Counted from the stretch's first letter, positions 36,568 to 51,057 are shown. The stretch is DNA of 64,000 bases from Mobula hypostoma (GCF_963921235.1 NC_086118.1:27282001-27346000), one strand, 5' to 3'. Notes: generated from the sequence alone by a model not told the origin. A program made the numbers and translations.

Positions 36568-39500
36568 ACTGGGAAGTGCCTCCCAAAGTGCTGTGGACAG
36601 CACCCAATGGTCCAGGGTGACCCAGATGGGTCCGGCGGAGCTCTTTGATAAGTGATGGATCAAGATGAATTTGGATGGCAACCAAGACCTCTCTTGTGGG
36701 CTGTACCCTTCCTACTCGACAAGGTACTGCACACCTTGTTCACAAGCACATGAATCCATTAGCCGGTGAACCGTGTACACTGGACACTAGACACTGTCCG
36801 CCATCCTTTGTTCTGGAGGTGCAGGCTCAGATCGGTTGAGTGGTCCATGAACAGCGGGCTTGAGGCAGGACCCGTGGAAAGTAGGTGTGGTCCTGAGGGT
36901 TGGTGGCAACTCGAGATGGTAAGTGACTGGGTTGATGCGACGAGTAATCATAAGGGGACTAATGAACTTGGGGCAAGAGCCTTCGGGAATCGGGGCGCAG
37001 AGACAGATGGACAACCAGGCAGTCCTCAAGTTGGTGTGGCCAGCTGGGTGGCAACGGTGGTTAGCCTGGCAGCATTTGGCTTGGCTGGCAGCTAGGATGG
37101 GCTCACAGTACCCTCTTCAAGCACACCACCATCAGCAAACCAGGGCCCTGGCAGACAGGATCTTCTCCGTTGGCTCCTCCGCAGGGAGATTGGTAGCTGT
37201 GAAGCACTTCAAAGGTTCATGGCTGACATGACGAAGTGTGTATATCGTACCGACAGCTAGGCCCAGAGCAGATATTTCTTCAGTATGGAAAAGTTAAGGC
37301 GCTGAAGCATCACAGGAACTTCACTTGCTGATTGGCTCTTTCTGACTGTCCATTGGTCTGCAGATGATAGTCAGAGGTCAAACTCATTGAGGTGTGGAGG
37401 AAAGAGCAGATGATGCATCAGAAGCAGAGGATGAATTGTGGATCCTGGTCTGACACAATGTCCTGGGGAAAGCCAAGGAGGCAAACTACACGTTGGAGAA
37501 CCAGGTCTGCTGTCTCAGCGGCTGATGGAAGTTTGAGGAGAGCAATGAAGTGGATCAGCTTGGAGAAATGGTCTACCGCTATTATGATCACCATGGCGTC
37601 ATTGGTAGGTGGCAAACACGTGATAAAATCCATGGTGATCAAGGGACTGTCAGGGGCAGCAGGAGCCCAGAGGGCCTCTGGTTGGAGGAATTGGACTGGA
37701 CACATCAAGTGATGAACTGATGTGCAACTGTGATCATGGCGGGCCACCAGACTGGTGCTGCAGAAAGTCCACGGACCATTGTGGGTCTGGATGGCTGGAG
37801 AGAGATGAAATTTGTCCCACTGGAGTGGATCAGAATGTACGGCCACCAGCAAGTACATGCGAATGTCCAGTGTGTAGGGCTGGAGCAGGCTCATGCTGTG
37901 GGTCCAGGCAGATTTGGTTCTCAAGGTCCCAGATGATCGTGACGAGGATCAGGGAGTGTGGAATGAAGGCTGAGGGTTGATCTCCATTTCAGCTGGGTTG
38001 AACTGTTGTGACAGGGTGTCTGCCTTAATGTCCTTGGAACCAGGTCAGCAGGAAATGGTGAAGTAGAATTGCTTGAAGAAGAGGGCTCATTGAGCCTGAT
38101 GTGGATGGAGATGACAGGTCCCTTGAGTGGATGAGGTTCTACTACTGGTCGGTCCAGATCAGGAAGGGCTTGCTGTTTCCCATCCTCCAAGGCCCATTTG
38201 ATGGCAAGTAGCTCCCTGTCTCATACTTCATAATGGTGCTGTGTAAAGCTTGAGCTTGTGCGAGAAGCTCAAGGGTATGCCTTCTGTCCGGTCCTCACTG
38301 GGAGGGGATGGACCCGGCACCCACATTAGATGCGTCCACCTCAACTACAAAAGGTCTGGAGGGGTTCGTATGGTGGAGAATGGGGGTGGTGGTGAAGCAT
38401 CTCGAGCTCCTTGAAAGCCTGTTATCTGTGAGATAAGTGATTGGCTGAGGGAGGTGAGAGGAGCAGCAATTCGGCTGTAGTTCCTGTGGAAACAGTGGTA
38501 GAAGTTGGAGAAACCCAAGAAATGCTTTAGCTGTTTGAGGGGGTGCAGTTGAGGCTGTTCAATGATGGTGCACTCTTTCTCTGGGTCCATGGTTATGGTT
38601 TGGGGTGAAAAGACGTAACCTAGGAAGGAAATGCCTGCAATGTGGAACTGGCATTTCTCCATCTTCTGGGAGAAGCTAAAGAGACTGAACAGATGTGACA
38701 GACGTGTTTAAGGGGGTCTTTGAAGATGACGACATCTTCGAGGAGGTCAATCATGCAGTTGCATGGTCTGTGAGGTGTCATGGTGTTGGCTTTCCTTTTG
38801 CTGAAGGTTATGGCTAAGTCAAGGCATTCCTGTGAGAGTTTGGTGAGGTCAAGAGTTTTCTCTGTCTCCACAGTCTTATGGGCTGAAGTCAACTGAGGTT
38901 GCTGGCAGGTGGGCCCCCGACTCAGCAGTGGATGATGAGGCAAAGTGAGAGTTGAGTGAAGAGCCAGGGGTAACCCAGGAAGAGTTAGATGGACTCGCAA
39001 TTATCCCCAATGCAGTTTGTACCTTGTTGTTGGGTTGGGAGGCTTGTACGCCTCAGTGACCCAGAGACCCAGAGTCAGGGCTTTATGCTTTAGCTCTTGG
39101 TAGGGTCACCCATGCCAAACAGGTCAAAGGGTAGAGGCCAGACTAAGAGTATTCTGCTAGTCCTACAGGTTCAGGGGCTCAGCTGAGGGCCAACAGTTCT
39201 GACCGGTAAAACAAAATTGTTGCGGAAACAGCAATGAAGAATCACACTCTACATCTGAGTGCGATGGTATTTCTGAGTCTGTTTCAGGACTCGCATGACA
39301 GATTGTGGTGAAAACTGAGGGGAAGTTACTGACATGATGAGGGAAGGCCAGGGAAGCAGCACCTTCATTGCTGCCCTAAACGGCAGTGGCATAGTGGGCA
39401 GTAAATAAGCATATGTCTCTAGCTGGTGATGCCAATTTCCCAGACGCAGTGGGCATTTGATGTGTGGGTGATCAGCAGCTCTACAATAAGTGCACAAATT

Positions 39501-39700
39501 GTTTCTCCACTGACGCTCACACTCTTAGAGAGTTAAGGGAGCCCCCTGTAACTGCCTGGGGTCTGAAACGTTCACGATGAGGGTCCTGCAGCATAAAATG
39601 TTTCTAGGAAAGGAACTGGAGTTCTGGCTGATGATCTGGAGGGTCATTCTCAGAGACACTTGTCAATTCGAAGGGATAGAGTAATGAAGGTTTTGAGAGA

Positions 39701-40646
39701 GTGATCAGCAGCACTGGGGCTCCACAGTGGACTGTCTTGTCTCCCTTTCTCTTCACCATTTACACCTCGGACTTCAACTACTGCACAGAGTCTTGTCATG
39801 TTCAGAAGTTTTCAGATGACTCTGCCATAGTTGGATGCATCAGCAAGGGAGATGAGGCTGAGTACAGGGTTACGGTAGGAAACTTTGTCACATGGTGTGA
39901 GCAGAATTATCTGCAGCTTAATGTGAAAAAGACTAAGGAGCTGGTGGTAGACCTGAGGAGGGCTAAGGCACCGGTGACCCTTGTTTCCAACCAGGGGGTC
40001 AGTGTGGACATGGTGGAGGATTACAAATACCTGGGGATATGAATTGACAATAAACTGGACTGGTCAAAGAACACTGAAGCCGTCTCTATTTCCTGAGGAG
40101 ACTGAGGTCCTTTAACATCTGTCGGACAATGCTGAGGATGTTCCACGAGTCTGTGGTGGCCAGTGCTATCATGTTTGCTGTTGTGTGCTGGGGCAGCAGG
40201 CTGAGGGTAGCAGACACCAACAGAATCAACAAACTCATTTGTAAAGCCAGTGATGTTGTGGGGATGAAACTGGACTCTCTCACGGTGGTGTCTGAAAAGA
40301 GGATGCTGTCCAAGTTGCATGCCATCTTGGATAATGTCTCCCATCCACTACATAATGGACTGGTTGGGCACAGGAGTGCATTCAGCCAGAGACTCATTCC
40401 ACCAAGATGCAACACTGAACGTCATAGGAAGTCATTCCTGCCTGTGGCCATCAAACTTTACAACTCCTCCCTTGGAAGGTCAGACACCCTGAGCCAATAG
40501 ACTGGTCGTGGACTTATTTCCTGGCATAATTTACATATTACTATTTAATTATTTATGGTTTATTACTATTTAATTATTTGTGGTGCAACTGTAACGAAAA
40601 CCAATTTCCCTCGGGATCAATAAAGTATGACTATGACTATGACTAT
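39701..40646 (+). mobile_element. Rex1/Babar-type LINE 3' part nested in Gypsy gag
   Basis: STGAPQWTVLSPFLFTIYTSD, QKFSDDSAIVG, LQLNVKKTKELVVD, YKYLG, CNTERHRKSFLPVAI; aataaa plus (TATGAC)n tail. Confidence 0.92.
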
Positions 40647-41234
40647 TCCTTGGGTAGGCAGCTTGTCTTTCAAGCACTCCAAGAGGTCACGATGGTAATT
40701 GGCCAGCCTCACTTCTGCATTCCAGCCACACTCTGCTGGGAGGTTCCTGAATTCCACAGTGTAATCCAGCACCAACCGTGAGCCTTGATTCAGGCAAAGT
40801 ATCCGATCCGCTGCCTTCCGTCCTCTTCCCAAATGGTCAAAAGCCTGCCGGAGCTTCTCAGCAGTAAAACTGAAAATGGTGATTTTATTGTCCCAGTTAG
40901 GGGCGGCCCAGGTCAGTGCTCACCCAGTCAAGAGAGAAATGGCAAAGGTAAGTTTGGCTCAGTCATAACATACAGAGATGGCTGGATCTCGAAGTGCAAG
41001 ATGCACTGGAACAGGAGGCTGCGCTTGGGGATCCGTTGTAGCATTCAGACACTGGAATCTAGGGTGCTGGGTGTGGATGTTCACAGGCACAGGGATGAGG
41101 TGAACAGAGTTGGTTAAGAGTGGTGAGCAGACGGTCAATGGTTTCCTGCTGCTTCAGGTTTATATGCTCCTGTCAACAGATGACTTCCTTTAGATAAGCA
41201 TCCTCTCTTGGGTCTACTGTTGGTTCATTCATCC

Positions 41235-41546
41235 AGTCAGGGAATGTAGAGGAGACTTCATCCAAAAGCGGAGCATCAGAGACAAATTAGCTGTGAGCAG
41301 TATAAACTGCAAAATAACAAGCCATGAGGGACCACAAAAGAAGAGAGAACAGTACTTTACATGACAAAGCGACTCAGTAACTGAAGGACAGGAACAACTG
41401 GTTGAGGCTGGTTCGTATGAATGAACAAGGATAGTGGATGAGAGCCGGGTTTAAATAGGCTGCAGGTGATGATTTGGAAATGAGTGGCAGGTGACTCCTG
41501 TTAGCAGGGTGGACACTGGGAGGTGCCCGCCTGTGCAGGTCTGACA
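41235..41546 (-). repeat. 5' LTR of the chromovirus
   Basis: Ends ...ctgaca; direct repeat of the interrupted LTR at 35382. Confidence 0.85.
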
Positions 41547-43529
41547 ATTTCCTGCCAGTATTTTGTCTTTAGCTAATATTATGAGACAATGAACATATTA
41601 ATTAATTGACACAATGGAATAAATTCTGCATTATCACTACTTGCTTTGGTATTTGAGTCATTACTTTCATTTGTTAACCATATTTCAGTGTGTTTTTCTT
41701 TATGATAATGACCTTCTATCCAGTCTCGTTCACTAATTTTTGAATGGCTAAGCTTTGCATGTTTTTTTTTAGAAATTGCTATAAAAGTGTTTTGTTTCAT
41801 GTCCCTTGTAGAGGATGCCAAAAAGATTGATTTTAGATACTCACAGGGCAAATAAATGATAATGTGTTCTGTGGATTGACAAAGTAAAATTATGAAATGT
41901 GTGTGCTTTTTTTTCTGGATAGTTAAGTGAAGCAAAGATCAGCCATTCACCTGCAAAGTACATCCAGCTTTCATAGAGTGGAACCTCTTGGTAAATTGGG
42001 ACCATCCAGGATAACTTTCGCTTACCATGTTGAACTTCTCTGCAGGTGTAACTACATTAAGAACTAGTAAAAACTGATAATATTACCAGTTTTCTCCAGC
42101 ATTTAAAGGGGAAATATTTTCCTAAACCAACAGAACACTTCCACTTCCCTTTGAAATTCTTGCCCTCCTTTCAAAGTCTATCCCTATGCTTGGGGTTTTA
42201 GTCAGTCTCTAGCATAGATCAATGGCAACTTGCATTTATGTAGCACCCGTAATATAGTAAAATGTTTTTGAATTTCACACAGGAATGTTATCAAATTATG
42301 TCATATCCAGAGAAGAAAATAGGGCTGATGAGCAAAAGATACTTCATTTTTTAAAATTTCTTTGAGATATACTAGAACGTTTTTCCACAATGAAGAATGT
42401 TTTATCAATCCAAGGTTTTTTATTTTCCTGTTGCCTCTACATTTAGTAAAGAAAGTGCATTTTTGTTCAATGCTTATTAAATTCTATGGAATTAATCAAT
42501 AGATAGTTTTTATATAAGGAAGTTACGAGAAGCCACTGTTAGTACTTGCCAAGAGAGGCTATTTGAACATTAATTTACCCTCCTATTTGCATAATGGTTC
42601 TCCAGAGAAAATTCTTTCTGGACCAGTCCAGTTGTAAATAGAAAATGCTTCTGTTGGAATGAGAGTTCCAGAAAACCTTACTCGGCGCACGCATAACCTG
42701 TTGCACTTTGTTGAAGAGGTGTTCCAAGAGCCTTCATCTTTGGTCAGGAATGATGTTTGGAGACATAAATTTACCAAAAAGGAAGCTTCCTACAAAGGTT
42801 TTTGGTACGTGAAGCAACTTTAGTAAATCTTATTGCTAAGGCAAAAAACAGGAAAGTTCAAAGGCACTTTTGATTTCTCGGTCATTCGCTGATTCTGAGT
42901 TTTCTCATGCATTACTATTAAAACATGTTTATCCTTCCTTTCCCAAGTTATTGGTTTATTTTTGGATACCTCACCAAAGTATTCTTTTTGTGCCCAAGAC
43001 AATATTAAATTGATATTTTTATATATTAAGCCTCTTATTTGTAAAGAGGGATGAATATGAAAACTTTCCATATTATCTCTGGCCCCAGTCCTGTTAGTTG
43101 TCAAACAGAAAGAAAACTAATCCTTAGCTGATAAAGGATGCTTTTGGATACACTTAGTAGTTTTTTAAATATCAATTCATCACATTAACAATACTGTTCC
43201 AGTTTTTTTCAGGAAAAGTTTGTACTATCAACACAAACTATTTTCATTTTTGAGAAAGATTTAGATTGCTTTTATTTTTGTTACCTCTATAAAAAAGTGT
43301 CGTGAGAAGCATTACAGCAATTTTTTGGATTTTTTTCTTTTTAGTAAATAGAGGGATATTCCCATCAGCCTTGGAATGCAGCACCTGGTAAATAATAAGA
43401 TATGCAGAAGTAATTACCATTTGCTCTCTATTGATCAAGGGACTTCCTGCTCAGTCTCTTAACATCTGGTATCAAAAATTGTTTGCGATCTTGAAGGATG
43501 GACTCAAAGATGCATAAATTTGCAACTGC

Positions 43530-43900
43530 AAAAGTCAATGGTGGTGCAAAGGAGATGTGCAAGGACTTTGCCAGGGCTTGAAAATATTCGCTATTAGGAG
43601 ACATTGATTTAGCTGGATCTGTTTTGCAGGAACACACAGAGAGGAAATAAAAATGAGGTACATCAGGTTACGATGGGATCGATAGGTAGGACCTCATTTT
43701 CTAAGCAGAGAGGTCAATAATAAGAGGGAGTAGTTGTAAACTAGTTGGTAGCAATATTAAAGAGTTAATATCTTTTTACCCAAGGAGGGTAAACAGGGAC
43801 TTAGAAGTTGCTGCCTGAAATGATGGTGGAGATTCACCTTCATTAGCTGTGACAGGCTATCTGGATGCATATTTGTCAAACTGTAACCCAATATATCAAG
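43530..43900 (+). mobile_element. Ancient CR1 3' remnant
   Basis: gtgcaaaggagatgtgcaaggactttgccagggcttgaa = VQRR..R.LPGLE, followed by degenerate tttttacccaagg and ctgcctgaaatgatggtggag blocks. Confidence 0.5.
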
Positions 43901-44084
43901 GACTAAAATCTTGTATATAGGAGTAACAGTAACACACCTGCCATACCTTAAGAAGTAGGCCATATAGGTTTTGTTGCTGTTTTATTATTCAACAGGCTGA
44001 TCCACCATTCCTCAAGTCCACCTTCAACCTCTTTTCTCTTGTTTTTTTTTCTTACTGATTAAAAATATTAAATCTCGCTTTAAA

Positions 44085-44510
44085 TAGGAGTAAGCATCAG
44101 CCATCTGACTTGTTGGACCTGCTCTGACATTTATTAAGGTCATGACTGATCTGGACATGAAGTCAGCTCCACCTATCTGCTTTTCCCTATAACACTTAAT
44201 TTTCTTAATATGCAATAATCTATCTTTCGGTCTGTAAAACATATTTAATGATCTACCCTCTCCCCTTTCCCTGGGCAGAGAATGCCACAGATTACCTATT
44301 CTCTAGGGAAAACCAGTTCCTCTTCATCTCTATCCTAAATCTGCATCCCCAGATTTTGAGCGTTTGTCCTCAAGTTCTAGTCTCACCTACCAGTGGAAAC
44401 AACTTTATTGTCTCTATCATTCTTATTCCTTTTATAATGTTATACTTTCCTGTAAGATCCTCTTTCATTCCTCTGCATTCCGGTAAATATAATCCCAGGA
44501 GACTTTCTCA
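44085..44510 (-). mobile_element. CR1 3' remnant
   Basis: ataggagtaagcatcagccat 3' UTR start; gggcagagaatgccacagatt and ctcaagttctagtctcacctaccagtggaaac are typical reverse-strand CR1 blocks. Confidence 0.7.
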
Positions 44511-44879
44511 AAAAGATCCAGTAAATTAGCGGGACTTTAATTCTCCTTATGAAGACATGCTGATTCTTGACAATATGACTTTTGAAATGTGACATTATTA
44601 TGAATAATTAATTCTAATATTTTTCTAACAATTGGCTTTAGACTAATTACTTTATGGTTGCTATATTTTTGAATAAAGATGTCACATTGCCTGATACTTG
44701 TTTCCTCTGGCATTTCTCTGGAAGCTAAGAATTTTTGAAGAGTATAATTATTCTAAACATAATCTTCATAATCACTTCTTGTAGAACAAGTGTCTCTGCA
44801 GGAGAACTTATCAATCAACTGCCTAACTCCTTAACTCATCAGACTGAATAACCTTTGCCATCAGGAAGGAGGAGGAGGT

Positions 44880-45603
44880 GCGTCAGATTATACTGGGGAC
44901 AGTCAGCAGCTTTAAATTCCTGGACGTTAATGTAGTGGACGACCTGTCCTGGGTCCAGCACATAGATGCTATCATTAGGAAAGCATGCCAATGGTTTTAC
45001 TTTCTTAGGAAGTCAGGGAGGTTCAGCTTGTCACTGAATACACTTCACAAATGTCTACAGATGTATTGTTGAAAGTATCCCAACTGGTTGCTTCATTATC
45101 TGGTACTTCTTATTCAACTGCATAAGAAGCTGCAGAGAGTGGTGGGCTCTGCCCCTAGCACATCACTGGTACATCCCTCCCCACCATTAATAATATCGGC
45201 GAGGGGAGGGCATTGACTCAAGAAGTCAGCATCCATCATCAAAGGCACCCCTCCTCCTGCACTATCTGGACTGTAGCATCCAGAAGCCTTAAGTCCCACA
45301 ACACCAGGTTCGAGAACAGTTATTTCCTTACAACTATTCAGTACTTGAATGTAATGGCAAAACACCCAATACTGCAATTTAGCAACATTATGGCCAGTTT
45401 GCAACAAGATGATGACTGTGTGTTTTGTTTGTTTTAATTAAATTCTCTCTTGTAAAATTGCATATAATTTGTTTAATCTGCTTTTCTTGTGAAACCTGCT
45501 TATATGATGCAATGCACCCGTAATACTGCCGCAGTTAAGTTCTTCATTGCACCTGGGATTATATGCATTTGTGCATTTAGCAATAAACTCAACTTTGACT
45601 TTG
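44880..45603 (+). mobile_element. Rex1/Babar-type LINE 3' remnant
   Basis: VSSFKFLDVNVVDDLSWVQHIDAIIRKACQWFYFLRK; RSLKSHNTRFENSYF; tail aataaactcaactttgactttg. Confidence 0.8.
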
Positions 45604-48600
45604 GTACAAATTCAGGATTCAGAAGAAACTGTTGATTGTGCAGCAAACAAAATGAGTTTACTCTGTAACTACAGTATATTGAAATGAAAACGGGAATTAG
45701 AGCATGACAGATGCTATAGGAATTTCTCCCAGAAAAAGGCAGGTTAACTTTAGCAAACAAGAATGTAGAGAGAAGAGGATAGTTCTATCAGAATATTTGC
45801 AGTCACTTACAGGATTATAGTCATTGTGCTTAATTGATAGTGAAATTAGCCAAATATCTCCACTCTTTTGAACCTTAATTTAGTATTGCAACATCTGTGC
45901 AGATCAGTATAAAGAGAGTGATGAAAGAGTTTAAGAAAGAGTAATAAGAAACATTAATTAAGCTTCATTTAAAAAAATTGAAATAAGATGAATTAAGATT
46001 CCAGTTATCTTACATTGCCAGAGAAATCGATGAGCAGTAATTAAGACATCATTCTGCTTTATGAGCAGCTTGGTGGGGAAAAAAGATCACAAATCCAGCC
46101 ATTGGGCTCAATTCTGTCTTGAGTGGAGTTTGATTGTTAACCCTGTGGCTTCTAGCTGCTTCAGTTCCACCCTACATAAAAAAAATTTTTGGTAGATTAA
46201 CTGGCCTGTATAAATCCCATCAAGTGTTTAGGAAACTGGTGTAAATCAATGGAAATGTGTATTGAATAAGATACAGGAGAAACTATTGGATAACGTGATT
46301 GCTCTTTGAGCCTGTGTCGAATTAATAGAGCAAAATAACCTCTTTCCATAACACAAGGAAATATAGAAATACGGTTGAAGATATACATACACTTCAACGA
46401 ACAAGCCAAATGTTTAGTCGTTATCAAACCGTTCATGGGGGCAAAGTTGTCATAATTTAGGAAATTGGTAGGAAGATGAGCTATTGAAACACAAGATTTG
46501 CAAGAGCTTTTGTTAGCAAACATTTCATTGGCTCAGGAATCTAGAGCTAGGTTTTATTGCCTCAGAAAATAGCTTCAGCCATTTAGCACTGAGCTGAAAA
46601 ATTGCTTCATTGGAAAAGACTGTTATCTCTTAATGACATGTTCAAATATTTAATATATTCAGCTCAAAGTTAAATAGGCTATTGGAATACATAGGGAGTA
46701 GAGATTCACAGAACAACTGAATGAAGAAATTTGTCAACTCATTCCTATATGACCGTCTCTTTATTTTGAGACTGATTCTTTATTCTAGTCTGTTTAGCCA
46801 ATGAAATAACCCTCAGTAATTATTCATCAAACCCCTTAAGATTTTATTTGTCATAGCGAGATCAAGTGTATCCTCAATAGAGTTTAGAATAATGATGTAA
46901 GCTTTTCGTTTGTCTCCTCAGTAAGGGAATAAAAAAACATTAGTCCAGAAATCAGTCTGGTGTAATTTTAAAAATTGACCCATTTCTTCCTCTGATCCTG
47001 AACTTTAAATAGGTACACAAGATGAACACAATAATTGGAATTTGAACCAACCTGTTTAACATGAATTAAAATAGAACATCTTTGGGACAGTAAACTAATA
47101 GCTGAACAACGGAAACTTTATTTATCTTTACTAATCACATCTCTTTGATTTTACTTTAACCCATGTTATTTAATGATCCTTGAGACGTGAAAATATCTAT
47201 GGTTAACCTGTAAATGAAGAAAATATTAGTATATTTTTTATATTTCTAGTTGATAGCAGTCTAAATGTTTCAACATTTAGGCCATGCAATATTTTTTCAT
47301 TAAAGCATTACGACCATAAGCAAATGCTCAGAATAAAGTGGTGATTTTGGGTTCTTATTGCTTGCAGTCCAGAATCCAGATGATGATCTAAATAGGCTCT
47401 GACTATCTCACTGTGTTGCCTGACAGGTTTATGTTTTCATACTATTGCTTGACTCGGAAGTCTTTTAAATATTGTTCATTCCTCTTCTTTTCTGTATTAT
47501 AGCTTGAAAATTTTAAAGTTTGCAGATTTAATTTTTCAAGGATGATTGGACTCCTGAATACAATGAAGCCTTAATCCTGTACGTCCATTAATGGCCACTT
47601 TTAAATGCAAAAGCATGTAAAAATATTATCCCTTGTATCTATGTCCAGTGAGGAAACTAGGCTAAATTGACATTAATTCTCCAGATTTTATTTTAATTAA
47701 ATTTATTCGATGAGAATGGACTGCATCCTGCTATTGGTGCTAACAGCATTAATATTTGTATATTGGAACTTAGCTCCTGGCCTCTCCGCCAACACAAAAG
47801 TAGCTGCTCGTGCTTCCCCAGAATATACTACATCAGAGCAAATACATGAATGTTAGGTAATTTTACTTAAAATGGTTGAATAGTTTGGAGCTAGTGCATC
47901 CAATATTATGCAAGTTTTTAATTATGCATTAAATGATAACATTTGTTGCATCTTTTATTCAAGCCTTGAAAAATTAAATTTTTATAAACACAGATTCTCA
48001 TTTATATTTGGAAAGTATTTGAAAATGTTTTTTTTATTCTCGCTACTGTGTACCTATCTCATATTCCTATGGTTTTTTTCCAGCCTTCTTTTAGTTATGA
48101 TTTAATTTGCATATTTATTTGCAATTTCCTTGTCTTAGTCTGAACTTTGCAAATCCATTGGTTCTTCTATCTGATTAGTTGAAGTCACACACGGTTTTTT
48201 AACTTGTAAATTGTGGGGCATTAAAATAACTACTAGAATAAATCAAATCTGCACACTCAAAAATCATGAAAACTTTCTGGATATCTGCTCGTGATATGAA
48301 GATTGATGTAGAAGATTGATGTTGCTCCTGTGCTGTTAGCCAGACCTTTAACATAAGCCCCCCCCCACCCCCACATCCACTGTCTTGAAGCAGTGAAAGG
48401 CAGAAATTAATCTATCATCAATGTATGTTTGTGATTAACTGGAAAGTTTATGGTAGGTTTGGAGAGACATTGAATTGGCACATCAAGAGATGTCAAAGGA
48501 TTGTATTGCCCTGTCCTCCTAGCAGAAAATCCAGACTTGTAAGAAACAGTAATGAATGAATTGCTCCAGTTTTGTAACCAGGATTAGAATCAAGATCAAA

Positions 48601-51057
48601 TCCTGAAATTCTGGGATTTGCTGTATATTGTCAGTAGTTAAACCGTCTGACTAAGCCAACATGTTCTATTAAGAATGCCAAATACATAAGAATAACCATT
48701 AAATTATTGTGCAAAAGAACTTGTAGTTAGGGAGACAGATCATTTCTCCATTTTACTGGCAATATCTTCTTGGGTAGTCCCTTTGGATCGGGGAGTGACA
48801 GTGTAAGGATCAAAGAAGAAGACTCTTCTAATCTAATGGATTCTGAGATGGCAAATTAAGATGACGTGGGAACTACAGATTCTTCCACAGAGGCAAGTAG
48901 TTGTTGATGGAATGGATAGGAAAATAGTAGGTAGTCAGTTTCCACTGGTTATACAGGGCCACTGCACTTTGATACATGCCTTCCAGAGAGGTTCTCACAA
49001 GCTAATGATAGAAATGCACTTTTTCCAAGGAAGTCATGAGCATGTCCTTGAACCTTTCCTTCAGTCTGTCTGTGCTGTCTTCCCATTAGTCAGTGTATGT
49101 TTAGGTAGTATAACAACGGCCATGTATGTAATCTGGTTTGTCCATTGGAGCCAACTGGATGTAATTAGCACCTGAAAGCTTGGAATGCTGGCCCAGGAGA
49201 GAACCTTGACTTTTGTTTATTTGAATTTGGAGGACTTTGCAGAAATAGTTTTGAGATGCCTGTTGTAGGTAGTTCAGGACTGGGAAGTATATCGGCCAGG
49301 GATCAATGCTACGTCATGGAGCAAAAGTTTTGTGGCAAGTTTGAAAGCTTGATCTTCAAATATCCCTTTTCTCAATCGATCAAGGGCTATACTAGTGCAT
49401 TAAAGACAGTAATGTGTTTCATAACTGCAGTCTGCCTTTGATAATGGGGGATCTTCAAGATTGGTATCTTTCTTATTATTGACATATTTACCAAGATGGA
49501 GGGGGAAACTTGTCTTGCATAGTGTTCATATAGATCAGTTAACTACAGCAGTGTATTGAGGTAGTCCTACCATGTAATGCAATAATGGAGTACAGAATAA
49601 AGTGTTGCAATCCTAGAGAAAGTGCAGTGCTGGAAGACAATAAGGAGCGAGGTCATAATGAGGTGGATTCGATATGGGAAGTGGTCCATGTTCTCCTGAG
49701 TTTTATCATGAGCCATTATCGTTGGAAGGCAATGAAGTAGAAGAGGGGGAAGGTTAGTAGAAGACCTTTGCTTTGTGTGTGTTGAGTGAGCAGCTCATCC
49801 TCTAAGATGCGCCAATGAAAACTACAAATTTGGTTTGGTGCTCAACCCCGAGTGTGTCAAAATATAAAAGTCATCTGAGATTTGGGGTGTGGCCACAATT
49901 GGTTCCTATTAGTTTTGAAAAATATCTCTACTACCAGGGAAAGTTTGTTGGAGATATTTGCAACACTGTAGAAAGAAAAATTGAGAAATATGTTGGTCAA
50001 TGAGACAGTCTTGTTTATCATCAGTTTTCCCATAAGAATATAAGAGTATAAAAAAATTACAGAGGATGTTTTTATAACCTCAGATGATTTGGCTGCACTC
50101 TTAGTTCTCCGATACCTGTTGTTTGGGTGTAATGAGCACTAAATTAATTTCAGTGCAGCATTGGGAATTTATAGAGGGTATTCTATCATGTATTCTGCCA
50201 TTTTTAAATGCCTTGCAGGTCAATTTCAACTGCAGAATACTAAAGAGGAATTGCCGTTTCCATCTTCACTTTAGGTGAAGTATTGCTGCTTTATTATGTG
50301 CAGAAATGCTTAAATCCAATAATCCAATGATCTGCCTAGTTAGCTCTGGCAGGAGAATGAAAAATTATAATGAGCGGGCAGCAGGAATTTGGCCTGGTGC
50401 CTGCATTGGCATCACCTTGATTCCATCACTAATTAATCAGAGAGGAACAGGAAACATGGTTCAATCTATTTTTCCTGCATTCTCAGTCAAGGTGGCTGAC
50501 CACAACATATCATGTTTCGTCAGCACAGTGTCAAAGTCACTTTTAAAAATCATTTTGGCATGGTAAAGTAACGTCCAGTTAAGATTGTTAGAAGCTAATT
50601 TATGCTCTACATCAGACTAATATATGACTTGTTATTAAGTAAACGTGCCAGTATTAGGGATGGAACTTACAACAGTGAGACATGATTTATGCTGGACTAT
50701 GATTTTTCTAATTAAGTTGAATGTTTATTGAAATAGGATTTTATTGTATTGATTGGTGGTCTGCTCTCATGTATATTCAACTACAAGGAAATTCTGCATA
50801 TTATCACCAATGCTAATGATTTTTTATGAAAGACTGAATGCAATATTTTTCTTATTTGCATCTAACATCTGCCACAACTGATATGAAATCTAACCATCTG
50901 ATTAGTAATCACATACTGCCATGTGCACTTCTACTCTCTCAATATAATTTACAAATTTTGCAATACCTTAATCTCTTTTGAAAACATGGATATGAAAGTT
51001 AAGCACTTTCCGGATGTCAAAGCTGGATGCATTATTTGTATCATATAACACAAAGGT

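Larger units (their letters stand above)
35382..36590 (-). repeat. 3' LTR of the chromovirus, interrupted by two insertions
   Basis: 35382-35466, 35941-36147 and 36578-~36590 match 41235-41546 (e.g. aaataacaagccat, aactggttgaggctgg, atgagtggcagg.gactcctgttagc). Confidence 0.8.
35382..41546 (-). mobile_element. Chromodomain-bearing Gypsy (chromovirus, Sushi-like) LTR retrotransposon, decayed
   Basis: Paired LTRs; 5-bp TSD gtttc/atttc (35377-35381, 41547-41551; 1 mismatch); gag LDYTVEFRNL (40617-40832), CCHC CTYCRAADH, RT/RNase [21 protein letters not shown], integrase ITMDFITCLP, VDHFSK, IVSDQDPQF; chromodomain YTVHRLMDS...VQYLVE*EGYSPQERSWLP...ILDPSLI (~36645-36782). Confidence 0.92.

Noticed and set aside
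42583..42823. Overlapping short ORFs with local CpG enrichment
   Set aside because: No known motif or convincing splice signals; could be a conserved non-coding element but this cannot be tested here.
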